From: Kiloniellales bacterium
Lineage (GTDB): Bacteria; Pseudomonadota; Alphaproteobacteria; Kiloniellales; JAKSDN01
NCBI GenBank assembly: GCA_030064845.1
Contig: JASJEC010000024.1
Span: 1,102 to 65,101 of the forward strand
DNA length: 64,000 bases
Reading direction: 5' to 3'
Shown: piece after piece, positions 27,249 to 35,472 of the stretch
Position numbering within the stretch: the first letter of the stretch is position 1
How the letters are laid out: each line of letters starts with the position of its first letter
Notes under the pieces: generated by a model
Database searches by the model: none
Told to the model about the DNA's origin: nothing
The model's input: the letters and a program-made list of their open reading frames with translations, nothing else
Program-made: the position numbers and the translations under genes

Positions 27249-27851
27249 TCAGTCGAGACCGAAGACCTCCCAGTAACGTTCCCAGATGATCGCCTCGTAC
27301 TTGAGGGCGTAGGCCTCGGCGTATGGCTCGCCGCGGGAGCACTCGAACTGGGAGCGGGTCGTCATTCGGTCGTGATGGTGTCCGAGCTCGTGCAGCAGGA
27401 TGTTCAGGAGCTGATAGGCGCGCGCCTGGGCTAGAGTGAACTTGCACAGGACCCAATCGCCGCGGCGCTCGGCGGGAACGCCGAGACGATCGAAGACGCC
27501 CTGGTTCTCCTCGTAGTAATGGGCCGGATGACGGCGCCAAAGACCGCGCCGCCAGGCGCAGATACCGACCACGCCGTCGGTGTACCACCCCTCCATCTCG
27601 GGATCGCCGGCGGTCAGCACAATGGCGTCGAGGCCCTCGGACAACTCGTTCCAGGTCGGCAGCAGTTCGAGGAAGCGGATCACGTCGTCGCGGCGCAGCA
27701 GGTGGCGATAGCCGTACCCGGGCCTTTCCTTGTCGATTACCGGAAAGGCCTGCCGGGTGTTCCAATAGGTCGCGGTCGGCTCCAGGCGTTGGAAAGCGCC
27801 AACGGCCTTGGCTCTCCCGGCACTGGAGAAGCGCTTATAGACCCTAGCCAT
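27249..27851 (-). CDS. hypothetical protein with HExxH zinc-metallopeptidase-like motif
   Basis: 200-aa ORF with good GC3 bias. NILLHELGHHHD near the C-terminal third. No family that I recognise. Confidence 0.6.
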   Translation of the reverse strand: MARVYKRFSSAGRAKAVGAFQRLEPTATYWNTRQAFPVIDKERPGYGYRHLLRRDDVIRFLELLPTWNELSEGLDAIVLTAGDPEMEGWYTDGVVGICAWRRGLWRRHPAHYYEENQGVFDRLGVPAERRGDWVLCKFTLAQARAYQLLNILLHELGHHHDRMTTRSQFECSRGEPYAEAYALKYEAIIWERYWEVFGLD

Positions 27852-28128
27852 GACTAACCTACGTGGTTAACCCAAGCTGAACATTGACCCGTTCAGCGTG
27901 TAATCCCCGATCAAAGCCTAGCAGCAAATTGACGATTTGCTAACAACAATTTCAGTTTTCATGCCAAGTTTCAAAACTACAACCCTTTATAGAAGTCAAA
28001 AAATAAAGTAATTTATCTCAAATGCTCCACAATAATATTTGATTAATACAACAATTAGTTTGACCATTATTTTGATTTTTTGTTATATTATTTGATAACT
28101 AAATTAACTAATTTCGGGATTTCTCGGA
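27852..28128. promoter_or_regulatory. AT-rich divergent intergenic island
   Basis: Hand count: 55 G+C in 27901-28100 (27.5%). Contains TTTGAT/TTTGAC at 28038, 28059, 28071 and 28091, and the palindrome GCAAAT-TGACG-ATTTGC at 27924-27940. Confidence 0.6.
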
Positions 28129-29562
28129 ATGCGCGGCCAAGAACATGGATCCAACCTGTCGGATCGCATCAAACAGCTTACCAGCAGCGAAGAAGGCGGT
28201 TCGTTGCCGCTTTTCGGCCTGCTTCTTATTCCTCTGGTCTGCTTCATCGGCCTCGCGGTCGACACCAGCCGTGGTTACGCGATCAAGAGCCGCGTCAGCA
28301 ACGCACTCGATGCCGCCGCTCTCGCCAGCATCCACTCGGTCGGCACGGAGTACTTCGAGGGCGACGTGCAACAGTACTTCGACGTGAACTTCCCGCAGGG
28401 CTACCTGGGCGCCAATGTCACCCTGGACGCGCCCAAGGTCAGCGCCGACGGAAATACTATCGAACTCAGCGCCTCGGCAGAGATCGACACGACCCTGATG
28501 CGCCTCCTGAACGTCGACACGATCGAGGTCGGCGCGAGCACCACGGTGACCACGGGCCTGAGCACGGTCGACGTCGTGCTCTCCTTCGACATGTCGGGCT
28601 CGATGGCCGGCTCGCGTATCTCCTCGGCGCGGGACGCGGCCGAGATCCTCATCGACACACTCGTCGCCGGAACCGGCAACGACAACATCGACGGCAACGT
28701 CCGTTTTGGTGTGGTGCCCTGGAACTCCAACGTCAACGTCAGCGACGGCACAACTTACAGCGCCGCCGCCACGACCTGGCAAACGGTCACACCGGATTTC
28801 CGCATAGTCGACACACCGTCCGACGGCACCGGCGACTTCGTAATGCAGGACCGACTTTACTTCGCCAACAATTCGCCCGTGCCCTTGCTGACCACGCCGC
28901 CCAGCGGGTGGGGCGGCTGCGTCTATGCGCGCCTCATCACGGCTGGCCCCTTGGCCCTCTGGACCAACACCACCGACAACGACGACGCGGATTTCCTGCG
29001 CGGCCAAGTCAACCTGAGCGACAGCAACGTGGATTGGCTCGGGTGGGAGCCCAAGCAGGACAACGGTCAGTGCCTCAGTCACACCATCACGCCGCTGACT
29101 GCGGATCAGGAAGCGGTTCGCCAGGAAATCCGGGACCTGCTAAGCCCCGCGGGAAACACCAACATTCCCCAAGGGCTCGCCTGGGCTTGGCGCGTGCTCA
29201 TGCCGGGCGTGCCCTACACGCAGGCCGACAGCGTCGTTACGGGGGGCCACAAGCGCGCAATCGTGCTGCTCAGTGACGGCGCCAACACCGTCACATCACA
29301 GGACGCCTACCGTGGGCGTCTCAACGAAGCGAAGATGAACGAACGTCTTCTCACGATTGCCCAGAACGCCAAGGACGAAGGCGCCACGATCTACGTCATC
29401 CAGTACGCCGATGAGGATGAAACTCTGCAGAACCTCTTGATGCAGGTCGCCCAGGAACCGAACCCGCCTTACTACAACTTCGCGCCCGACGCCATCGCCC
29501 TCGAAGCCGTCTTCGAGGGCATCGCCCAAGACCTCACCTCTGAACTGAGAGTTGCCCGATGA
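28129..29562 (+). CDS. tadG: TadG-like pilus-associated protein with von Willebrand factor A domain
   Basis: N-terminal TadG-type anchor LPLFGLLLIPLVCFIGLAVDTSRGY. vWA MIDAS motif VVLSFDMSGSM, with ...LLSDGANT... downstream. Confidence 0.8.
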   Translation: MRGQEHGSNLSDRIKQLTSSEEGGSLPLFGLLLIPLVCFIGLAVDTSRGYAIKSRVSNALDAAALASIHSVGTEYFEGDVQQYFDVNFPQGYLGANVTLDAPKVSADGNTIELSASAEIDTTLMRLLNVDTIEVGASTTVTTGLSTVDVVLSFDMSGSMAGSRISSARDAAEILIDTLVAGTGNDNIDGNVRFGVVPWNSNVNVSDGTTYSAAATTWQTVTPDFRIVDTPSDGTGDFVMQDRLYFANNSPVPLLTTPPSGWGGCVYARLITAGPLALWTNTTDNDDADFLRGQVNLSDSNVDWLGWEPKQDNGQCLSHTITPLTADQEAVRQEIRDLLSPAGNTNIPQGLAWAWRVLMPGVPYTQADSVVTGGHKRAIVLLSDGANTVTSQDAYRGRLNEAKMNERLLTIAQNAKDEGATIYVIQYADEDETLQNLLMQVAQEPNPPYYNFAPDAIALEAVFEGIAQDLTSELRVAR

Positions 29563-30167
29563 CAAGAACCCGGAAAGATCTCGTCCGCGAGGAAAACGGC
29601 GGCGCGACGCTCGAATTCGGCCTCGTCGTGCCCCTCTTCGTCCTCATGCTCATCGGCGTGATGGAGATGGGCATGCTGTTCTTCGCCAACACGGCCCTCG
29701 AGGGTGGCCTCAGGGAAGCCGCGCGCTACGCGATTACCGGCCGTACCGACGGCGCCAGTCGCGAGCAGGAGATCATCAACATCATCAACAAGAACGGCTA
29801 CGGCATCGTCAAGGTCACCGCCGACAACATCACCACCGAGATCTACCAGGACTTCGCCGACATCGACACCGCCGAACCGATCGTCGGCGATGCGGGCGAG
29901 ATCGGCGTCTACGAACCGGGGATAGACGACGGCTACACCGACATCAATTGCAACGGTAGTTGGGACGAGGACATCGCCAAGAGCCCCGGCGCCGGCGGTG
30001 GCAACGATGTGGTGATCTACGTCGTCGACTATCAGCACGAATTCATGACCAACCTCCTGTCACCCATGATCGGCGGCGACGGCAAGGTGCCACTGACCGC
30101 TCGGGTCGCGGTCCGCAACGAGCCCTTCGGCAACTCGGACCTCTGCCTCGACTCTCAAGCGACTTAG
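29559..30167 (+). CDS. TadE/TadF-like pseudopilin
   Basis: ATGA overlap with the tadG-like gene. N-terminus ENGGATLEFGLVVPLFVLMLIGVMEMG is the TadE-like motif. Confidence 0.8.
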   Translation: MTRTRKDLVREENGGATLEFGLVVPLFVLMLIGVMEMGMLFFANTALEGGLREAARYAITGRTDGASREQEIINIINKNGYGIVKVTADNITTEIYQDFADIDTAEPIVGDAGEIGVYEPGIDDGYTDINCNGSWDEDIAKSPGAGGGNDVVIYVVDYQHEFMTNLLSPMIGGDGKVPLTARVAVRNEPFGNSDLCLDSQAT

Positions 30168-30199
30168 TGTTTGGACAGGCGGCGAGCGAGGCCCGAACT

Positions 30200-30784
30200 A
30201 TGACCACTGGCAACAGAATTGGCAGGCTTCTACGCGGCGATGAAGGCGTCACGGCCATGGAGTTCGTGATGGTCCTGCCGTTCCTTCTCTTCCTGCTGAT
30301 GGGCGGCATCGAGCTCTCTACCTACGTGCTGTTGCACAACAAGCTCGGGCGGGTCGCGTCTACCACCGCCGATCTCACAACCCGCACGCCGGAAGTCACC
30401 GAGCAGGACCTGCAGCAGATCCTCGGCGCCTCCTCGACGGTCGCCCTGCCCTATCAGCTCGACGTGCAGGGCGCTGTGGTGATCAGCTCGGTCACCGCCA
30501 ATCCCGACCCCGACGCCACCCCGCCGGTCGCGGTCAGCTGGCAGCGCAATATCGCCGGTTCGGGCGTGGACTACGACAGTCAGATCGGCGTCGAAGGACA
30601 GGCGGCCAACCTGCCCACCGGTTTCAGCCTAAGACCGACGCAGAACGCCATCATCGTTGAGATCTTCTACGACTACGAGCCCATGTGGTTCGGCCAGGTG
30701 ACCGGGCAGCAGCAGATCTACTACCGGGCCGTCAAATTCCCCCGTAACGGCGCCCTCTCGGCGATCCAGGCTCCCGCGACCTAA
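30200..30784 (+). CDS. TadE-like pseudopilin
   Basis: Trimmed to ATG 30200. DEGVTAMEFVMVLPFLLFLLMGGIELS. Confidence 0.78.
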   Translation: MTTGNRIGRLLRGDEGVTAMEFVMVLPFLLFLLMGGIELSTYVLLHNKLGRVASTTADLTTRTPEVTEQDLQQILGASSTVALPYQLDVQGAVVISSVTANPDPDATPPVAVSWQRNIAGSGVDYDSQIGVEGQAANLPTGFSLRPTQNAIIVEIFYDYEPMWFGQVTGQQQIYYRAVKFPRNGALSAIQAPAT

Positions 30785-30810
30785 GACCTGTGACTGCGCG
30801 GGCGGCGCCC

Positions 30811-31308
30811 TCAGGACCGCCGCGGGATGGCGATCGATCTTCCGGCCTCCTCGGGGCGCGGCAGCGCGCTCTGCGCCCGTGCCACCTCCTGCAGCCGCGA
30901 AAGCACGGCCTCGCCGAAGGGCGCGGCCCGCGGGACGCTCATGTCGACGTTGAGCAGCATGCACTCGGCGGTCGAGAGGCGGTCTCCGCTCTCCCCGTGC
31001 ACCATGATGTGGAACAGGTGGAAGCGCTTGCGGTCGAAATCGAGCAGCCTGGTCTCGACCTCGACCCCCTCACCCTCGCCGACCTCCTGGAGGTAGGTGA
31101 TGTGGGTCTCCAGGGTATAGATCGAGGTATTGGTCTCCTCGCGCATGGCTGCGTCCATGCCGATGAAGTCCATAAAGGCGTCGGTCGCCCGGCTGAAGAT
31201 CAGGAGGTAATAGGCCTCGTTAAGGTGCCCGTTGTAGTCGATCCACTCGGGCTGGACCCGGTCGCGGTGCAACCGCAGCCCGCCGCCCTCGCCGCCCTCG
31301 CCGCCCAC
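30811..31308 (-). CDS. hotdog-fold (4HBT-type) acyl-CoA thioesterase
   Basis: RVQPEWIDYNGHLNEAYYLLIFSRATD...LFHIM. The start lies 5 nt after the stop of the upstream FAD/GcvT gene. Confidence 0.8.
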   Translation of the reverse strand: MGGEGGEGGGLRLHRDRVQPEWIDYNGHLNEAYYLLIFSRATDAFMDFIGMDAAMREETNTSIYTLETHITYLQEVGEGEGVEVETRLLDFDRKRFHLFHIMVHGESGDRLSTAECMLLNVDMSVPRAAPFGEAVLSRLQEVARAQSALPRPEEAGRSIAIPRRS

Positions 31309-31312
31309 GGCG

Positions 31313-33730
31313 CTACGCTCTCAAGCGTTCGTTCCCCGGGTCGTAGGCCGGTTTCGCCAGGACCCGGCAGGCGCGCCGCTCACCCTGGATCGTGACCTCG
31401 AGCGCTGTCTCCGGCGCCGCCTGCGCCGGCTTCACGTAGGCGAAGGCGAGCGACTTGCCGACCGCGTGCCCGTAGCCGCCGGAGGTGGTCACGCCCACCG
31501 TCGCGCCGTTGGCGTGGACCGGCTCGTTGCCCAGGGGGTCGGCGTCCGCGGCGTCGACGTCGAGGTAGACCAGCTTGAGGTCGATGCCGTTGCCGCGCCG
31601 CGCAACCAGGGCCTCTCGCCCGACGAAGTCACCCTTGTCCAAGTCGACGAAGCGATCCAGGCCCGCCTCGATCGGGGTGATCTCGTTGGTCAGCTCCGAG
31701 CCCCAGCCCTTGTAGCCTTTCTCCATGCGCAGGGAGTTGAGCGCGTAGGCGCCAAAGTCGGCGATGCCGTGGGCTTGGCCGACTTCCATCAGGGCGTCGT
31801 AGACCTGTTCGAGCCGGGCCATGGGCGTGTGCAGCTCCCAGCCGAGCTCGCCCGCGTAGGAGACCCTGAGCGCGTGGAGGTCCACGCCCGCCACGGCGAT
31901 GGTCCGCGCGGTCAGCCAGCGGAACGCGCCGCTGCTCAGATCCGCGTCGGTCAGGGCGCCCAGAACGTCGCGCGACTTGGGGCCGGTCAGCACCAGGACC
32001 CCATAGTCGTCGGTGACGTTGGTCGCCGTCGCCGTCTCCCCGCCGCGCCGGTCCTGGGTCAGGAAGTCGAGGTCACGCAGCTCGGCGACCGCCGCCGAGA
32101 GCAGGTAGTAGCGGCCCTCGTGCACCCGGGTCACGGTGAACTCGCTCTCGATCCGGCCCGCCTCGGTCAGGTGATGGGCCAGGACGATGCCGCCGTCCTT
32201 CCTGGGCATGCGGTTGGCCAGAAGCCGGTTCAGGAGGGCCTCGGCGTCGGGGCCCGCGACCTCGAACTTGGCGAAGCTCGAGAGGTCGAAGACCCCGACC
32301 CTCTCGCGCACCGCTCTGCATTCCTCGGCGACGTGATCGAAGGTAGAGGTCCGGCGGAAGCCGTACTCCTCTTCAGCCCCATCAGGCGCGAACCACTTCG
32401 GCCGCTCCCAGCCGAAGACCTCGGCGTAGACCGCGCCCTGGTTCTTGAGCTTGCCGTAGAGCGGCGTGGTTCGGACCGGACGGCCCGCCTCGCGGAACTC
32501 GCCCGGGTAGTGCACCTGGTACATCTGCTGGTACTCGTCGATCGACTTCTGCAAGGCGTAGTCGCCGAGCGACCAGTCGCCGTAGCGCCTGGGGTCGAGG
32601 CCATACATGTTGATGTCGGCCTGGCCATGCACCATCCACTGGGCGAGATACTTGCCCGCGCCCGGTCCTTGGGTGATGCCGATCGAGGCGCCGCAGCACA
32701 TCCAGTAGTTCTTCACGCCCGGCGCCGGGCCGAGCAGGAAGCTGCCGTCCGGCAGGTGGGTGATCGGGCCGTTGACGATCCGCTTGATGCCGGCGGTCTC
32801 GAAGCAGGGCAGCCGGTGCATGGCGTGCTCGAGGCTGGTCGAGATCTGGTCCAGGTCGGGCGGCAGCAGCTCCATGTCGAAGCCCCAGTCGATCCCGTCG
32901 AGGCCCCAGGCCTGGGCGTTCTCCATTTCGTAGGGCCCGATCAGGATGCCCTTCTGCTCCTGGCGGTAGTAGGCCGAGGCGATGGGGTCGCGGACCACAG
33001 GCGGCTCCTTGTCCAGCGCCTCCACCTCGGCCAGGTTCTCGGTCACCAGGTACTGGTGGCTCATGTTGACGATCGGCACCCGGTAGTCGATCCAGGCCGA
33101 GACCTGGTCGCCGAAGGAGCCGGCCGCGTTGACCACGTGCTCGCAGGTGATCGTGCCCTGCTCGGTGATCACCTCCCATTCGCCGCTTGCGCGCTGCTTG
33201 GTGTCGAGCACCCGGTTGCGCAGCACGATCTCGGCGCCGCCCATGCGCGCGCCCTTGGCCATGGCGTGGGTCGCGCTGGCCGGGTCGGTGTGGCCGTCGT
33301 GGGGCGTGTAGGCGCCCGCCAGGATGCCCTCGACATTCAGCAGCGGATGCAGGTTCTTGATCTCGTTGGGGCCGATGATGTGCATCTCCACGCCGATGTA
33401 GGCGAGCTGGCCCTGGACGTAGCGGAACCAGTCGACCTCGTCGGGCTTGGTCGCCAGGCGGATCGCGCCGCAGCCGTGCCAGCCCGTCGCCTGCCCGGTC
33501 TCCGCCTCGAGGGTCTTGTAGAGCTCCACCCCGTGGGCGTGGATCGCGGCCATGGAGAGCCCGCCGATAAAGTGCGGGATCAGGCCGGCCGCGTGCCAGG
33601 TCGAGCCCGAGGTGAGCTCGCCCTTGTCGATCAGCACGACGTCGGACCAGCCTTCCTTGGTCAGGTGATAGAGCAGGCCGGCCCCCATGGCACCGCCGCC
33701 GATCACCACCACGCGCGCATGGCTTTTCAT
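31313..33730 (-). CDS. FAD-dependent oxidoreductase fused to GcvT-type folate-binding domains (dimethylglycine/sarcosine dehydrogenase family)
   Basis: Trimmed to ATG 33730 (MKSHARVVVIGGGAMGAGLLYHL). 805 aa, with a C-terminal aminomethyltransferase-like region (VSYAGELGWELH). Confidence 0.88.
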   Translation of the reverse strand: MKSHARVVVIGGGAMGAGLLYHLTKEGWSDVVLIDKGELTSGSTWHAAGLIPHFIGGLSMAAIHAHGVELYKTLEAETGQATGWHGCGAIRLATKPDEVDWFRYVQGQLAYIGVEMHIIGPNEIKNLHPLLNVEGILAGAYTPHDGHTDPASATHAMAKGARMGGAEIVLRNRVLDTKQRASGEWEVITEQGTITCEHVVNAAGSFGDQVSAWIDYRVPIVNMSHQYLVTENLAEVEALDKEPPVVRDPIASAYYRQEQKGILIGPYEMENAQAWGLDGIDWGFDMELLPPDLDQISTSLEHAMHRLPCFETAGIKRIVNGPITHLPDGSFLLGPAPGVKNYWMCCGASIGITQGPGAGKYLAQWMVHGQADINMYGLDPRRYGDWSLGDYALQKSIDEYQQMYQVHYPGEFREAGRPVRTTPLYGKLKNQGAVYAEVFGWERPKWFAPDGAEEEYGFRRTSTFDHVAEECRAVRERVGVFDLSSFAKFEVAGPDAEALLNRLLANRMPRKDGGIVLAHHLTEAGRIESEFTVTRVHEGRYYLLSAAVAELRDLDFLTQDRRGGETATATNVTDDYGVLVLTGPKSRDVLGALTDADLSSGAFRWLTARTIAVAGVDLHALRVSYAGELGWELHTPMARLEQVYDALMEVGQAHGIADFGAYALNSLRMEKGYKGWGSELTNEITPIEAGLDRFVDLDKGDFVGREALVARRGNGIDLKLVYLDVDAADADPLGNEPVHANGATVGVTTSGGYGHAVGKSLAFAYVKPAQAAPETALEVTIQGERRACRVLAKPAYDPGNERLRA

Positions 33731-33752
33731 GTCTTCGTATCCCCGTTCCTGA

Positions 33753-35327
33753 TTACCAGCGGTCGTTGCCGAGCCGCATGTTGTCACGCGCGATCCTGAC
33801 CGGAAAGCGTTCGCGAATGGCCGCATCCTGATCCGGCGTGATGTAGTCCGGATAATGCTCCGCCAGGATGGCCTTGACCTGGGCGCGGGCCTTTTGGCGG
33901 ACATCGGTCGATCCCTGCTCCACCCATTCCTTCGGGCTCGAACGGTCGCCGACCTCGGGATAGACGTACTCCGCCTGCATCAGGCCGAGCGTCTGTTCGT
34001 GCCCGAGGAAGTGCCCCGGCCCTTCCATGCAGACTTGGCGGATGGTCTCGACGGAGAGGCTCTCGTCGGTCACCTCGATGCCGCGCACGCCGCGCAGCAC
34101 CGCGCCGATCGTGTCGTTATCAATCACCAAGCTCTCCAGACAGAAGCCCAGGAGCGAGGCATGCATGCCAGCAGACTCATAGATCATGTTGGCGCCGGCA
34201 AGGCCGGCCAGCGCCTGGGTATAACCCTTCTCCAGGCCGGCCTGGGCGTCCGGCACCTTCGAGTCGGTCATGCCGGCCGGCACGCCGCCGCTCAGATCGT
34301 AGAAGTGCGCCATCTGGGCGCAGGCCGCGCTGAGCAGCGCCTGCTCACCGCTGCCGCCGCTCATTGCGCCGGTGCGCAGATCGGAGACAAAGGGCCAGGT
34401 TCCCATGATCGCCGGATGGCCGGGCACGATCAGGTTGACATAGACCAGGCCGGCGAGCACTTCCGCGACCTCCTGCACGATCGAGCCGGCAAGCGCCGCC
34501 GGGCTGGTGGCCCCGGCCTGTCCGGCCGACAGCAGCAGCACCGGCATGCCGCCGCGCACGCAGACCTCGAGCGCCCGGCAGGCGTCCTCCGCGAACTTCA
34601 TCGGCGGCACCACGTGGCAGCACGACAGCGACACGAAGGGCCGCTCGCGCCACTGCTTCTCGCCACCGGCGACGTAGTGCAGCATTTCCAGGGATTCCGC
34701 GGCATGCTCCGGCAGGACGAAGCTGGTGCCGACATGCTTGGCGGTGCCCGAGATCGCCGCGTAGCAGGTGTTGAGATCCATCTCACGCGGGTCTTCCAGG
34801 TCGCGGCAGACGATGGAGCGCTGGAAGAAATGGATGTTGTCCATCCGGTCGACGACACGGGCGATGTCGTAGAGGTCGAGCGAGGTCGACTCCCGGTATT
34901 CGCCGGTCATCGCGTCGACCATGTGGACCGCCGCCCCGGCGGTGCCGAAGTAGACCTTCTTGCCCCAGGGCTCCAGGTCGTGCTTCGGGTCCCGTCCGTG
35001 GATCGGGAAGTGCCGGGCGCAGTTTGCCAGGGTGTCCTCGACCAGGGTCCGGGGAAAGATCAGCCGCCCCTCCTCGCTCAGCTTGCCGCCGGCCGCCGTC
35101 ACCATCTCGACGCAGGAGGGGATGGCGTCGGCCAGTCCCACCGTCTCCAGCAGATCCAGTGCGGCTCTGTGGATCTTCTCGACCTCGGCGTCGGTAAGGG
35201 GCTTGTAGCGACCGCCCTCCATGCCGGGTTTCACCGCCCGCTCCGCCTCGGGGATCGGCGCGGCGCGCAGCTCGCGCCGGGCCGAGCGCCCGCCACGCCT
35301 TCTGGTGACGACTTCTGCTCCCGTCAT
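33753..35327 (-). CDS. MttB-superfamily methyltransferase, non-pyrrolysine type
   Basis: Trimmed to ATG 35327 (GGAG 8 nt upstream). 524 aa, uninterrupted (no in-frame TAG). Recognised from the overall trimethylamine-methyltransferase-family pattern (PLTDAEVEKIHRAALDLLETVG, ...GGMPVLLLSAGQAGATSPAALAG...). Confidence 0.8.
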   Translation of the reverse strand: MTGAEVVTRRRGGRSARRELRAAPIPEAERAVKPGMEGGRYKPLTDAEVEKIHRAALDLLETVGLADAIPSCVEMVTAAGGKLSEEGRLIFPRTLVEDTLANCARHFPIHGRDPKHDLEPWGKKVYFGTAGAAVHMVDAMTGEYRESTSLDLYDIARVVDRMDNIHFFQRSIVCRDLEDPREMDLNTCYAAISGTAKHVGTSFVLPEHAAESLEMLHYVAGGEKQWRERPFVSLSCCHVVPPMKFAEDACRALEVCVRGGMPVLLLSAGQAGATSPAALAGSIVQEVAEVLAGLVYVNLIVPGHPAIMGTWPFVSDLRTGAMSGGSGEQALLSAACAQMAHFYDLSGGVPAGMTDSKVPDAQAGLEKGYTQALAGLAGANMIYESAGMHASLLGFCLESLVIDNDTIGAVLRGVRGIEVTDESLSVETIRQVCMEGPGHFLGHEQTLGLMQAEYVYPEVGDRSSPKEWVEQGSTDVRQKARAQVKAILAEHYPDYITPDQDAAIRERFPVRIARDNMRLGNDRW

Positions 35328-35368
35328 CTCAGGACTCCACAAAAAGGGATCGAGGCCACTCCCTACAT

Positions 35369-35448
35369 CTTGTCATGCCCGGACTTGATCCGGGCATCCA
35401 GGGTTGCCAACCGCCCTGGATTGCCGTGTCGCGCACGGCAATGACAAG
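35369..35448. repeat. 80-bp multi-hairpin palindromic intergenic element
   Basis: Outer arms CTTGTCAT/ATGACAAG enclose three hairpins: ATGCCCGGA-cttga-TCCGGGCAT (35375-35397), CCAGGG-n10-CCCTGG (35398-35419) and TTGCCGTG-tcgcg-CACGGCAA (35421-35441). Confidence 0.85.
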
Positions 35449-35472
35449 AAAAACGTGTTTGCACTCACAAGG

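Noticed and set aside
27867-27882. TTAA-N7-TGAAC, considered as a CtrA box upstream of the tad-like genes.
   Set aside because: One mismatch in the second half-site, about 250 bp from the tadG start, in a region so AT-rich that TTAA-like words occur by chance. Not reportable without a position weight matrix score.
27852-28128. Search for a hidden Flp-type pilin ORF in the AT-rich island.
   Set aside because: Only very short ORFs are present (MPSFKTTTLYRSQKIK, MLHNNI, MTNLRG). None has a hydrophobic segment or a G/xxxxEY processing motif.
33753-35327. Possible pyrrolysine (in-frame UAG) in the MttB homologue.
   Set aside because: The reading frame is continuous with no internal TAG, and no pylTSBCD genes are in the window. 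It is therefore a non-Pyl family member.
35369-35448. Cloverleaf-like fold considered as a tRNA or tRNA-like gene.
   Set aside because: No D-loop or T-loop consensus (GG, GTTCRA), no anticodon-loop geometry, and no 7-bp acceptor stem with a discriminator. The two halves are inverted copies of one unit, which is typical of a REP-like repeat.
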